From the IMG/VR virus record IMGVR_UViG_3300042298_002341, positions 1 through 57,486 of that record: a DNA stretch of 57,486 nucleotides. One strand, written 5' to 3'. Numbering within the stretch: the first letter of the stretch is position 1; the number at the start of each line of letters is the position of its first letter. The position numbers were made by a program, and so were the translations under genes. This document shows, in pieces, positions 18,261 to 27,929 of the stretch. The notes under the pieces were generated by a model. It did not search any database. It saw only the letters and a program-made list of their open reading frames with translations, and was not told the DNA's origin. The DNA is from a virus (lineage: Duplodnaviria; Caudoviricetes).

Positions 18261-19780
18261 CGACATACACGACGAATCTTGGGCTTGCGCTGCCGGTCAC
18301 GGGCGACCTGACTGGCACTTGGGGCGACACGGTCAACAATGCCATCACGAGCCTTCTGGACTCGGCTGTGGCGGGCACGACCACGCTCAGCAGCGATGCT
18401 GACGTGACGCTGACGGACACGACGGGCGCGGCCAACCAAGCAAGGCAGGCGATCATCCTCTGGACGGCGGGGGGCACGGTCACACGCAACATCACGGCTC
18501 CGGCGCGCACCAAGGCGTACATCGTCATCAACGCAACCAGCAGCACGCAGAGCATCGTGCTGCGCGGAGCGGGGCCTACGACGGGTGTCACCGTGGTGGC
18601 CGGCGAGCGCTGCCTTGTGGCGTGGAACGGCACCGACTTCGTGAAGGTCGGATCGACCGTCTTCTCGGGCACCTTGGGCGTCGCCAACGGCGGCACGGGC
18701 GCAACCTCGCTCACGCTCAACAACGTCTTGCTGGGCAACGGCACCTCGGCCGTTCAGGTTGTCGCGCCGGGTACGAATGGCAACGTACTCACGAGCGACG
18801 GCACAACGTGGACAAGCGCGGCTGCGCCGGGTGGTGCCAACCTCCAAGTCTTCAGTTCGTCCGGCACATGGACGAAGCCTAGCGGCGCTCAGTTCGTGAT
18901 GGTGGAACTCTGGGGCGGCGGCGGCGGTGGAGCAAGTGGGCGTCGCGGTGCAACATCAACAACGCGCGGCGGCGGCTCGGGAGGTGGCGGCGGGGCATTT
19001 AATACGCGAGTATTCCTTGCTTCTGACCTGACATCGACTGTTTCCGTCACGGTTGGCGCGGGCGGGACGGGCGGCGCTGCAATCACTGCCGACAATACAA
19101 GCGGAAACAACGGCAGCGCAGGCGGCACAACTTCGTTTGGTTCATACCTGGACGCGGGAGGCGGCGGCGCTGGTGCAGGCGGCGCAACCTCCGATTATGC
19201 AGGGCTGGGAAGTGCGGGTGGAAATGGCGGCACCATCGGATCACGCGTCAACACTGCCTCGCCGGTTGTCGGCTTTCCGGGCGGGAGTGGTGGAGGTAGT
19301 ACCATATCCCAGCAGGCTGGCAATGGTGGGGGATATGGTGGCGGCGGCGGCTCGTCAACAATGGGCGACACTCTTACAAACGTTGGTAACGGCGGTGGCC
19401 GTTCGGCCTTTGGTGGCGGCGGTGGCGGTGCAGGCGGCTCGATAGCGTCTAACAACACCCCGCGTTCTCCAACGGTGGGCGGCGGTATTCTTGATTCGAC
19501 AAACAGCCAAATTGGCGGCGGCGGGGCGGTTGGCACAAATCCTAACATCAACGTTAGTAATACTGGAACCGATAGCGGCACGGCGGGTGCGGCTGGCTCA
19601 ACTAAGATTGGCGGTGGTGGCGGCGCTCCGGGGTCTGGGGACGGCGGGACGGGCGGCGCTGGTGGTGCGGGCGGTAGTCAAGGCGGCGGCGGCGGTGGCG
19701 GCGGTGCAGCGCTAAACGGTAACAATACTGGCGCAGGCGGCGCTGGTGGCGCAGGCTACGCCCGCATCTACTCGTGGTGA
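18257..19780 (+). CDS. Tail fibre with glycine-rich C-terminal domain
   Basis: N-terminal GTWGDTVN, GTLGVANGGTGAT fibre repeat, FSSSGTWTKP...WGGGGGG Gly-rich domain ending GYARIYSW. Confidence 0.8.
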   Translation: MTTYTTNLGLALPVTGDLTGTWGDTVNNAITSLLDSAVAGTTTLSSDADVTLTDTTGAANQARQAIILWTAGGTVTRNITAPARTKAYIVINATSSTQSIVLRGAGPTTGVTVVAGERCLVAWNGTDFVKVGSTVFSGTLGVANGGTGATSLTLNNVLLGNGTSAVQVVAPGTNGNVLTSDGTTWTSAAAPGGANLQVFSSSGTWTKPSGAQFVMVELWGGGGGGASGRRGATSTTRGGGSGGGGGAFNTRVFLASDLTSTVSVTVGAGGTGGAAITADNTSGNNGSAGGTTSFGSYLDAGGGGAGAGGATSDYAGLGSAGGNGGTIGSRVNTASPVVGFPGGSGGGSTISQQAGNGGGYGGGGGSSTMGDTLTNVGNGGGRSAFGGGGGGAGGSIASNNTPRSPTVGGGILDSTNSQIGGGGAVGTNPNINVSNTGTDSGTAGAAGSTKIGGGGGAPGSGDGGTGGAGGAGGSQGGGGGGGGAALNGNNTGAGGAGGAGYARIYSW

Positions 19781-19785
19781 GCGAC

Positions 19786-20295
19786 ATGAGATACGCGATC
19801 ATTCAAGGCGGAATCGTCGTCAACGTGGTGCTGGCCGAGCCCGAGTTCGCGGCCGAGCAGGGATGGATTGCAGCGCCCGACGAGGTATCGACCGGGTGGC
19901 TCTACGACGGGTCCACCTTCAGCCCGCCGCCGCCCGTGGTCAAGCCGCCCGAGGAGTGGCACAAGGAGATCAAGGCCGAGCGCGACCGCCGCACACTTGA
20001 AGGCGGCTACCCCGTCGCGGGCAAGTGGTTCCATTCCGACACCGTGAGCCGCACGCAGCAGCTTGGGCTGGTCATGATGGGTGCGAACCTGCCGGCGGGC
20101 ATCCAGTGGAAGACGATGGATGGCACCTTCGTGACGATGACCCCGGCGCTCGCGCAGCTACTGTTTCAGGCCGCAACCGTGCAGGACACCACGACGTTCG
20201 CCGCCGCGCAGCAGGCCATCGCACAAGCCACCGCCGACCCGGTTGGCTTCAACTTGGCCACCATCGCGTGGCCCGCCATCTACACCCCGTCATGA
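19786..20295 (+). CDS. Tail fibre-associated protein (DUF4376-like)
   Basis: GWLYDGSTFSPP, IKAERDRR, WFHSD, IQWKTMDGTFV. Confidence 0.7.
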   Translation: MRYAIIQGGIVVNVVLAEPEFAAEQGWIAAPDEVSTGWLYDGSTFSPPPPVVKPPEEWHKEIKAERDRRTLEGGYPVAGKWFHSDTVSRTQQLGLVMMGANLPAGIQWKTMDGTFVTMTPALAQLLFQAATVQDTTTFAAAQQAIAQATADPVGFNLATIAWPAIYTPS

Positions 20296-20606
20296 GACGC
20301 ATCTGGGCGCATCAGGTCTTCGTGGCGCTGGATCAACTGGCCAACGCCATCCTCGCCGGCTGGGCGGATGAGACCATCTCCGCACGGTCTTTCCGGCTGG
20401 GCCATCGGGACAAGAAGGCCAACCGCTGGGGGCGCTGGCGCGTCATGTGGGTGCTGGTGGATGTGCTGTTCTGGCCGCAGGATCTGTGGCTGTACTTCCG
20501 CGACGGCGCGTGGCCGCTCGTCAAACATTGCGAGCGTGCTTACATCAGCGAGTGCGACAGGCTGGGCCTGCCGCCTGAGTACCGGGACAAAAAACACCAT
20601 GCTTGA
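20292..20606 (+). CDS. Hypothetical phage protein
   Basis: ATGA overlap; ALDQLANAILAGWADETISAR...HCERAY. Confidence 0.75.
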   Translation: MRRIWAHQVFVALDQLANAILAGWADETISARSFRLGHRDKKANRWGRWRVMWVLVDVLFWPQDLWLYFRDGAWPLVKHCERAYISECDRLGLPPEYRDKKHHA

Positions 20607-21156
20607 GATCCTATCCTTCATCACGGGCTTTCTCGGCCCTGTCGTACCGCAGGTCTTCAAGTGGTTCGAGCGCAAGCAGGAGTACCAGCACGAACTCGCC
20701 CTGATGGAACTGCGGATGAAGCAGGGCGCTCAGGAGCACCTGTGGCGTATGGAGTCGATCAACGCCTCGGCCGACATTGCCGAGATGCAGACCCTGCGCA
20801 CACCGCAGACATCGTTCGGGGTGCAACTGCTCGACGCTGCCAAGGAATGGGTGAGCGACACCCGATGGGGCGCAGCAGTCATAGTGCCGGTGTTCTACCT
20901 GTTCGCGCTGCTGGACTTCGTGCTTGGCATGGTGCGGCCTGTCATCACCTACGCCGCGTTCGGGTTCTACATGGTCTACAAGTGGACCCTGTTCCAATCG
21001 CTCGCCGCCAACACCACCAAAGAAGCTGCCATCCTCGCCACTTGGACCGATCAGGACTGGGCGGTGCTGCTGCTCGTTCTGGGCTACTACTTCGGCCAGC
21101 GCAGCATGAAGGCGGCATTCGGTGGGTCAACCCAAACGGATAAGCGTGCCAACTGA
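20599..21156 (+). CDS. Holin-like membrane protein (3TM GTA-holin-like)
   Basis: Hydrophobic segments, VRPVITY and LGYYFGQRS motifs, directly upstream of the lysozyme. Confidence 0.65.
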   Translation: MLEILSFITGFLGPVVPQVFKWFERKQEYQHELALMELRMKQGAQEHLWRMESINASADIAEMQTLRTPQTSFGVQLLDAAKEWVSDTRWGAAVIVPVFYLFALLDFVLGMVRPVITYAAFGFYMVYKWTLFQSLAANTTKEAAILATWTDQDWAVLLLVLGYYFGQRSMKAAFGGSTQTDKRAN

Positions 21157-21158
21157 CT

Positions 21159-21632
21159 ATGAGCGGTCGCTGGCTGCACCTCGCCCGTGATCTCGGCCAC
21201 GAGTTCGAGGGCTTGCATCGGGTCGGCAAGGATGGGTTGATCTACCCGTACCACGACCCGGTGGGGTTCCCCACGCAGGGCTGGGGCCGGCTGTTGAGCC
21301 GCAACAAATGGGAGTCGCTGAGCAAGTATCACGCGATCACCCGCGCCGAGGCCGACGAATGGTTTGAGCGCGATCTCGCCCGCCACGCTCGCGCTGTGTG
21401 GGCTCTGTGCCCGGTGCCTATGACGCCGGGGCAGTTTGCGGCGCTCACGGACTTCTCTTTCAACGCCGGTCCGGGTAACCTAGAGATCAGTGCGCTGCGC
21501 CGCCGCCTGCTGCGGGGGGACTACGAGGGTGCGGCCAACGAATTCCCGCGCTGGGTCTACGCGCAAGGTATCAAACTCCCCGGCCTCGTGCGCCGTCGTG
21601 CGGCTGAGCGCGACCTGTTCCTGAAGGAGTAG
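21159..21632 (+). CDS. Endolysin, GH24 lysozyme
   Basis: Catalytic pattern FEG...YHDPVGFPTQGWG, FAALTDFSFNAG, RWVYA..LPGLVRRRAAE. Confidence 0.9.
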   Translation: MSGRWLHLARDLGHEFEGLHRVGKDGLIYPYHDPVGFPTQGWGRLLSRNKWESLSKYHAITRAEADEWFERDLARHARAVWALCPVPMTPGQFAALTDFSFNAGPGNLEISALRRRLLRGDYEGAANEFPRWVYAQGIKLPGLVRRRAAERDLFLKE

Positions 21633-21642
21633 TCGTGCTAGC

Positions 21643-22365
21643 TTATTGCTCTGCTTTGCGCTTAGCCCAGTACGCTTTCATGGCTTCGGATTGGCGTCGT
21701 CGCTGTTCGGGGGATCTAAGCGTAGCCGCACGCTTGGCAGCGATGGTTGGATCGCTGTTAAGTACCTTGTGGTACTCGCGCATGGGATTGCTAGGATCTA
21801 GCAGTCGCTCCCTGCGGCGCTGTTTTTCTTCATCTGAGTGCAGCGGCCTTCCTAGCTTCTTGGCTAACATCATAGTGCGATACTCAGGATCAGCCCACTT
21901 AGCTTTTATTTTTGCGCGAACTTCTTCTCGTTTAGCGGGGTTGGCATCGCCTGCAAACTTCTCGCGAATATCAGCGTCTTTCATGCGCTTTGCTTGTTTG
22001 GCTCTGGCAGCTTCCCCCCTAATCGGATGGTTAGGGTCTAGTAAGGCTTGTCTCAACTTCTCTATGTGTTCGGCAGAACGAGGGTGAGCACCTTGACCTC
22101 CCGGCATCAGATTAGTAAGCGTTCCAGTGCCCATCTGTATACGCCCATACAGTTCGATAAGTTGCGTTTCCACACGAGTGCCTTCTTCAATGCTGGCCAC
22201 CGGGCGAAGTTCAACTACAATCCTGTCTACCCCAACTTCGAGCATTTTTTGCCGACACAGCCAATTCCTGTTACCTTCATTACGGGGGTTGGTGCGCCTG
22301 CGGTTTTTTGTAAACCCGACGTAGAATGGAGAGCCTTCGGGCGTTTTCCAGATGTAGACGTACAA
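21643..22365 (-). CDS. GIY-YIG homing endonuclease, antisense to the late operon
   Basis: YVY...FYVG...R...E..LI..YGR..LTN motifs with NUMOD3-like repeats. Likely TTG start at 22365 with AAGGAG 6 nt upstream; lower GC. Confidence 0.8.
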   Translation of the reverse strand: MYVYIWKTPEGSPFYVGFTKNRRRTNPRNEGNRNWLCRQKMLEVGVDRIVVELRPVASIEEGTRVETQLIELYGRIQMGTGTLTNLMPGGQGAHPRSAEHIEKLRQALLDPNHPIRGEAARAKQAKRMKDADIREKFAGDANPAKREEVRAKIKAKWADPEYRTMMLAKKLGRPLHSDEEKQRRRERLLDPSNPMREYHKVLNSDPTIAAKRAATLRSPEQRRRQSEAMKAYWAKRKAEQ

Positions 22366-22404
22366 GATGTTCTCCTTGTTGGTGGCCGGTAGGGGGAGTG
22401 TACC

Positions 22405-24528
22405 ATGGGCCTTGTGAAAGTCAAATTCTCTTCCGGCGTTAATCGCGAAAATACCCGCTACACCACCGAAGGGGGCTGGTACGACTGCGACAAGATTCGC
22501 TTTCGTCAAGGCACACCTGAGCAGATAGGCGGCTGGGCGCGTATATCAGCCAACACGTTCATCGGCATCTGCCGCTCGCTTTGGAACTGGGTCACGCTGG
22601 GGGCGCTCAATCTCATGGGCGTGGGCACCAACCGCAAGTTCTACATCGAGCTTGGGGGTGCGTACAACGATGTCACGCCGATCCGCTCTACCGCCACGCT
22701 GACCAACCCCTTCACGGCCACCAACGGCTCCTCCACCATCACGGTTGCGCACATTGCGCACGGCGCTGCCACGGGCGACTACGTCACGTTCATGGGTGCC
22801 GGCATCACGGGGCTCGGCGGCAACATCACGGCTGCGCTGCTCAAAGGCGAGTTCCAGATCACGGTCACCACCGCCAACGCCTACACCATCACAGTGGGGG
22901 CCACAGCCAACGCCACGGACGCTGCAGGCTCGCCCGGCGGCGGGACGGTCATTGCGCAGTATCAGGTCAACTCCGGCGAGACGGCTACGGTGCCGCTGGT
23001 GGGCTGGGGCTCGGGCGGCTGGGGTATCTCCTCGTGGGGCGGCAACGGCCCCGCGCCGTTGAACCCGACAGCGCCTGCTCTGCGCATCTGGAACCAGCAG
23101 AACTTCGGCGAAGACCTCGTGTACGGCCCCAACGGCGGGCCGCTGTACTACTGGGATGCCACCAAGGGCGTGGCCCCGAGCACGGTCACCATCACCATCG
23201 CGTCTCCCGGCGTCGTCACGTTCGGCTTTGCGCCCAACAACGGCATGGTGGTGTCCTTCACCACGACGGGGGCGCTGCCCACGGGTCTGTCGGTCGGGAC
23301 GTACTACTACATCGTCAACGCTGCGGGCTTCACGGGGCAGCTTTCGTTGACCTACAACGGCACACCGATCAACACCTCGGGCTCGCAGTCGGGCACGCAC
23401 TCGCTGTCGGTGCGTGGGGTGCCGCTGTCGTCCATGCCCGGTGCCTCGAACACGCCGACCTTCGTGAACTACGCGCTGGTCTCGGACATCAGCCGGTTCG
23501 TCTTCGCCTTCGGCACCAATGAGCTTGGCGGGACGGTGGTTGACCCGATGCTGGTGCGCTGGTCCGATCAGGAGGATGCGGCCAACTGGACGCCCTCGGC
23601 CACGACGCAGGCTGGGTTCACTCGGCTGTCCAACGGCTCGTTGATCCAGACGGCCATCCAGACCCGGCAGGAGATCGTCGTTTTCACCGACTCGGCGCTG
23701 TACTCGTTCCAGTACGTCGGCCCCCCGTATGTGTGGTCATCGCAGATCCTGTCGGCCAACATCTCGGTCATCAGTTCACGCGCAGGCGCTTTGGCCTCGG
23801 GCGTCGTCTACTGGATGGGGATTGACAAGTTCTACAAGTACGACGGTCGGGTGCAGACCCTGCGCTGCGATCTGCGGCAGTACATCTACACCGACATCAA
23901 CCTCAGTCAGACTCCGCAGGTGTTTGCCAGCACCAACGAAGGGTTCAACGAGGTCTGGTGGTTCTACTGCTCGGCGGCAAGCAGCACGGTGGACCGCTAC
24001 GTCGTGTACAACTACGGCGAAGACATCTGGTACTACGGTACGCTGGCGCGTACGGCGTGGATCGACTCCCCGCTGCGGCCCAATCCGCAGGCTGCGACCT
24101 ACCTGAACAACCTCGTCTCGCACGAGTTCGGTACGGATGACAACGACACCGGCACGCCGGCTGCGATCAATTCGTACATCCAGTCCTCTGAGTTTGACAT
24201 CGGCGACGGGCACAACTTCGGCTACATCTGGCGGGTGCTGCCTGACATTACGTTCCGTGGCTCGACGGCCGGCTCGCCCACCGCCACGCTCACGCTGTTC
24301 ACGCTGAAGAACTCGGGCTCGGGCTACACCAGCCCTGCGTCGCAAGGCGGCACCAACACAGCCAGCATCGTCCGCACGGCCACCCTGCCGGTCGAGGTGT
24401 ACACCGGACAGGTCTACACGCGGGTGCGTGGTCGGCAGATTTCGCTGAAGGTCTCCAGCGCTCAGGTGGGCACGACGTGGCAGCTTGGCGCACCGCGCCT
24501 CGACATCAAGCCGGATGGGAGGAAGTAG
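22405..24528 (+). CDS. Tail nozzle/DNA stabilisation protein (putative)
   Basis: 707 aa; GGWYDCDKIRFR, VRWSDQED, FNEVWWFY; propeller-like with beta-sandwich insertions. Confidence 0.7.
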   Translation: MGLVKVKFSSGVNRENTRYTTEGGWYDCDKIRFRQGTPEQIGGWARISANTFIGICRSLWNWVTLGALNLMGVGTNRKFYIELGGAYNDVTPIRSTATLTNPFTATNGSSTITVAHIAHGAATGDYVTFMGAGITGLGGNITAALLKGEFQITVTTANAYTITVGATANATDAAGSPGGGTVIAQYQVNSGETATVPLVGWGSGGWGISSWGGNGPAPLNPTAPALRIWNQQNFGEDLVYGPNGGPLYYWDATKGVAPSTVTITIASPGVVTFGFAPNNGMVVSFTTTGALPTGLSVGTYYYIVNAAGFTGQLSLTYNGTPINTSGSQSGTHSLSVRGVPLSSMPGASNTPTFVNYALVSDISRFVFAFGTNELGGTVVDPMLVRWSDQEDAANWTPSATTQAGFTRLSNGSLIQTAIQTRQEIVVFTDSALYSFQYVGPPYVWSSQILSANISVISSRAGALASGVVYWMGIDKFYKYDGRVQTLRCDLRQYIYTDINLSQTPQVFASTNEGFNEVWWFYCSAASSTVDRYVVYNYGEDIWYYGTLARTAWIDSPLRPNPQAATYLNNLVSHEFGTDDNDTGTPAAINSYIQSSEFDIGDGHNFGYIWRVLPDITFRGSTAGSPTATLTLFTLKNSGSGYTSPASQGGTNTASIVRTATLPVEVYTGQVYTRVRGRQISLKVSSAQVGTTWQLGAPRLDIKPDGRK

Positions 24529-25137
24529 ATGGGACAGCTACTCCCGCCGCGCGCTCCTAACCTGCCGCTTGCACCCACCGACTACAGTTCTGCGCATCAA
24601 GAGAAGCTGACCAACGCGCTGCGGCTGTACTTCAACCAGCTGGACGGGTCTTTGCAGCAGTTGCTGCGCGGGTTCAACAACTACGGCACGTTCTACAGTA
24701 CGGTTACGCAGACCAACCCGGTAGCGTCAGCTGTAAACCTAGTAACGTACAACAACACGTCAGAAGCGTTCGGCGTAGACTATGACCCAGCAAATCCGTC
24801 GCGCGTGCGCGTGACGATGGCGGGGGTATACAACTTTCAGTTCTCTGCGCAACTAGACCACACAGGCGGCGGTAATGTAGATTTTTTTATATGGTTTCGC
24901 GTCAACGGTACCAATATACCTAATAGCGCGACCAAGGTGGTTGTTGCGGGGCCGAATGACGAAACCGTAGCCTCTTGGAACTATCTAACTTCTATGGCGG
25001 CTGGGGACTACTTCGAGTTGGTCTGGAGTTCCCCAAACACAGGCGCTAGAATATTGGCAGAGCCTGCCGCTGCGCCGATCCCTGCGATCCCTTCCGTCAT
25101 CATGACGGCGACTTACGCCTACCCGGCGGACAATTGA
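24529..25137 (+). CDS. Tail needle/short fibre with C1q-like head (putative)
   Basis: N-terminal LRLYFNQLD coil, then GVYNFQFSAQL...GDYFELVW. Confidence 0.6.
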   Translation: MGQLLPPRAPNLPLAPTDYSSAHQEKLTNALRLYFNQLDGSLQQLLRGFNNYGTFYSTVTQTNPVASAVNLVTYNNTSEAFGVDYDPANPSRVRVTMAGVYNFQFSAQLDHTGGGNVDFFIWFRVNGTNIPNSATKVVVAGPNDETVASWNYLTSMAAGDYFELVWSSPNTGARILAEPAAAPIPAIPSVIMTATYAYPADN

Positions 25138-25144
25138 GGTACCC

Positions 25145-27922
25145 ATGAGCCTCGCAACGATTGCTCAGGAACTCGCCACCAAGGGACGCCACGGCGACTC
25201 GACGCTGGTGCACATGACCCCTGCCGAAGTGGCGGGCCTTGCGGCTATCGCCCGCGCGCACGGTGGCGACATCACGATCAACCCCGACACGGGCCTGCCG
25301 GAAGCGAACTTCCTCAAGAAGATCCTCCCCGCGCTTGCAGGGGCGGCTGTGGGCAGCATCACCGGGATGAACCCGTTCATGTCCAGCCTGCTGGTGGGCG
25401 GCGCGACGGGTCTGGCTTCAGGCAGTCTGAGCAAGGGTCTCGCGGCGGGGCTCGGTGCCTACAGCGGTGCCAGTCTGGCGGGAGGTCTTTCGACGCTGGG
25501 CGAGCAGGCTATGGCTTCGCAGGCGCTTCGCGGCGCAAGCGACGAGGTCTTTGCGGAGGGACTGTCGCCTCAGCAGATTGCGGGAACCGCTAATGCTTCC
25601 CCGTTCGACAAGCTCAGCGCGGGGTTCAACCGTTTGACAGAGAAAGGCGGGCCGCAGGCGTTCGTCAACGCCATGGGCGGCAACAAGGCGCTGATGCAGG
25701 CGGGGTTGGCTGGGCTTGCCGGCGCTTCGATGATGGCCCCGCAGCGGACGGTGCCTACGGTGACTCAGCAGCCCTCGCTCATCCGCCCCATGGTGATGCA
25801 GCGCGAGCAGCGCCCGTGGTACGAGGCCCACCGGACGGGGCAGCACTTCAATGAGTCGCTCACGCCCATGACGCCTTACCAAGCGGCCGAGGGCGGCGAG
25901 GTTCCGAGCACAGATGCGGAGCCCGTGCAGATGTACGCCGATGGGGGCCAGACGCTCGACATGAACCGCCTGCGCGGCATGCAGCAGACCGACGCCATCA
26001 ACTACCTGCGAGGCATTGCTCCCGGCCAACTCAACATCACCAGTGCGCAGAACCCCAGCGAGGGCGGGGGCATGTTCTACACCGCACCGGGGGGGCTTCC
26101 CGGAGGCGGGGATATGCTGCGACCGATCTACACGGGCGGTTCAGGAGAGGGCGAAGCACAGACGCTCACAGGGTTCACACGCCCGCTAACCCCTGAGTTC
26201 GATCCGACGTATGCGGGGGGGCGCTTCGGGCAGTATTTCGGTAACTACGACCCGCAGGGGCAGCTGCGCGACATCACGTTCAATCCGCAAGAACGGCATG
26301 GTGGGTTCCTCAACGAGAACCAAGACCTTATAGCAAACTTGGCGATTGGTGCTCTGGCAGGGCCGGGGCTTGCATCCCTGTTCAACGGCGGGCTTGGCGG
26401 TGCGCTTGCTTCTGGAGCGATACTGGGAGGCGGCTCCGGGGCTATGAACGCGCTTACCAATGATCAGAACATCCTTCGCGGTGCACTGCGCGGTGCAGCT
26501 ACAGGGGCTGCAGGTTCTGGCCTGTCGTATGGGGTCGGGCAACTGACCAATAACGCCAATCTTGGAGGTGCTGACTCAGTTGGCGACGGCGGTGCGGGCG
26601 GGCCGTCGGTAGAGTCGGCTATTGACGAGGCTTTCCCTAGGGGAGACTACGACGCCTACACTCGCGCTGCGTTGGACGCTGCCAATACTGGCGCTACAGG
26701 TTCTAGTCTTACCGATCTAGCACGGCGCGCTGGCACGTCTGTTGCCGACTTCGTGCGCAACAACTCCACGCTTACGGCGCTCGGGGTCGCTGGCCTTGCA
26801 GGCGCAGCCGCAGACACGCCGGATCAGCGGCAGACGACGGGCACCGGCACGACCATCCCGACGAACACCAACCCCATCATCACATCGACGGGGGGTACGA
26901 CCAACACCACGCAGGCGGGTGGGAACCGGCCGGGCATGCGTACGCAGTCCGAGATCGCATTCGACTATCTCATGGGCCGCAGGCCCACGTCCCGTGCGAC
27001 AGAGGCGGATCTCTCGACGCAAGGGCTGATCGATCTGTACAACCAACGTGGCAACATGTCGGAGGCCGATTTCGTTCGTCTGATGCAGCAGCGCGGCGTC
27101 ACCAACGACCAACTCCTGCTGGCGCGGAACACGGCGCTTGACCGGCGCAACGCCACGCTTGCGCAGCCCACGGTGAACAGCCTCACGGATGCCTATCGCC
27201 AGCAAGTCGCTGCCGGTGGGTCGGAGCGCAACATTGTGGACAACATGCGCAACCAAGGCGTGTCGGTTGCCTCCATGAACGAAGCGCGCAACGCGATGCT
27301 GGGCCTGCCGGCCAGCACGTCGTGGGATGAAGCCAACCGACTCTATGCGGAACGGCAAGCGGCTGAACAGCAAGCAGCAGCTATTGCTGCGGCACGGCAA
27401 GCCTCTGAGCGTCAGGGGGCTGAACAGCAAGCGGCGCAGCGGGCGGCGACCTACACCCCGGAGTCGATTGCGGACGCTTACCGTCAGTCGGTTGGTACGG
27501 GCGCTGCCACTGAAGAGCAGTTCGTGGACTACGCCAAGTCGCTGGGCATCACCAAGGATCAGTTGATGGCCGCACGGGGTATGTTGGCTTCGGGTGGCAT
27601 CGCCTCACTTGCGCGCGGCGGCATGCCCCGTGACGGGCATCTTGGGGACTACTCGGACGGTGGGCGACTGCTGCGTGGCCCCGGCGATGGGGTGTCGGAT
27701 TCGATCCCGGCGAGCATCAACGGACGTCGGCCGGCGCGGCTTGCAGATGGGGAGTTCGTGTTCCCCGCACGCATCGTGTCGGAGCTTGGCAACGGGTCCA
27801 CGGAGGCCGGTGCACGGCGGCTGTACGCAATGATGGATCGCATCCAGAAGCGCAGGCGTAAGACTGTGGGCCGCAACGCTGTCGCAGTAGACTCCAAAGC
27901 GCACAAACTCCTGCCTGCCTGA
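25145..27922 (+). CDS. Internal virion (ejection) protein with several AxGG motifs
   Basis: 925 aa; N-domain GRHGDSTLVH...INPDTGLPE, G/A-rich hydrophobic stretches, C-domain GPGDGVSDSIPA...LADGEFV. Confidence 0.7.
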   Translation: MSLATIAQELATKGRHGDSTLVHMTPAEVAGLAAIARAHGGDITINPDTGLPEANFLKKILPALAGAAVGSITGMNPFMSSLLVGGATGLASGSLSKGLAAGLGAYSGASLAGGLSTLGEQAMASQALRGASDEVFAEGLSPQQIAGTANASPFDKLSAGFNRLTEKGGPQAFVNAMGGNKALMQAGLAGLAGASMMAPQRTVPTVTQQPSLIRPMVMQREQRPWYEAHRTGQHFNESLTPMTPYQAAEGGEVPSTDAEPVQMYADGGQTLDMNRLRGMQQTDAINYLRGIAPGQLNITSAQNPSEGGGMFYTAPGGLPGGGDMLRPIYTGGSGEGEAQTLTGFTRPLTPEFDPTYAGGRFGQYFGNYDPQGQLRDITFNPQERHGGFLNENQDLIANLAIGALAGPGLASLFNGGLGGALASGAILGGGSGAMNALTNDQNILRGALRGAATGAAGSGLSYGVGQLTNNANLGGADSVGDGGAGGPSVESAIDEAFPRGDYDAYTRAALDAANTGATGSSLTDLARRAGTSVADFVRNNSTLTALGVAGLAGAAADTPDQRQTTGTGTTIPTNTNPIITSTGGTTNTTQAGGNRPGMRTQSEIAFDYLMGRRPTSRATEADLSTQGLIDLYNQRGNMSEADFVRLMQQRGVTNDQLLLARNTALDRRNATLAQPTVNSLTDAYRQQVAAGGSERNIVDNMRNQGVSVASMNEARNAMLGLPASTSWDEANRLYAERQAAEQQAAAIAAARQASERQGAEQQAAQRAATYTPESIADAYRQSVGTGAATEEQFVDYAKSLGITKDQLMAARGMLASGGIASLARGGMPRDGHLGDYSDGGRLLRGPGDGVSDSIPASINGRRPARLADGEFVFPARIVSELGNGSTEAGARRLYAMMDRIQKRRRKTVGRNAVAVDSKAHKLLPA

Positions 27923-27929
27923 GGACATC

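Noticed and set aside
21635-22087. 150-aa plus-strand ORF after the lysozyme
   Set aside because: Antisense shadow of the endonuclease; only its start signal is of interest.
14258-22404. Group I introns around the two homing endonucleases
   Set aside because: Flanking genes look intact and there is no spare non-coding sequence for an intron core.
22366-22509. N-terminal 48 codons of the track's 288-aa GIY-YIG ORF
   Set aside because: They overlap the nozzle gene in antisense; the TTG at 22365 has a good RBS and starts exactly at the domain.
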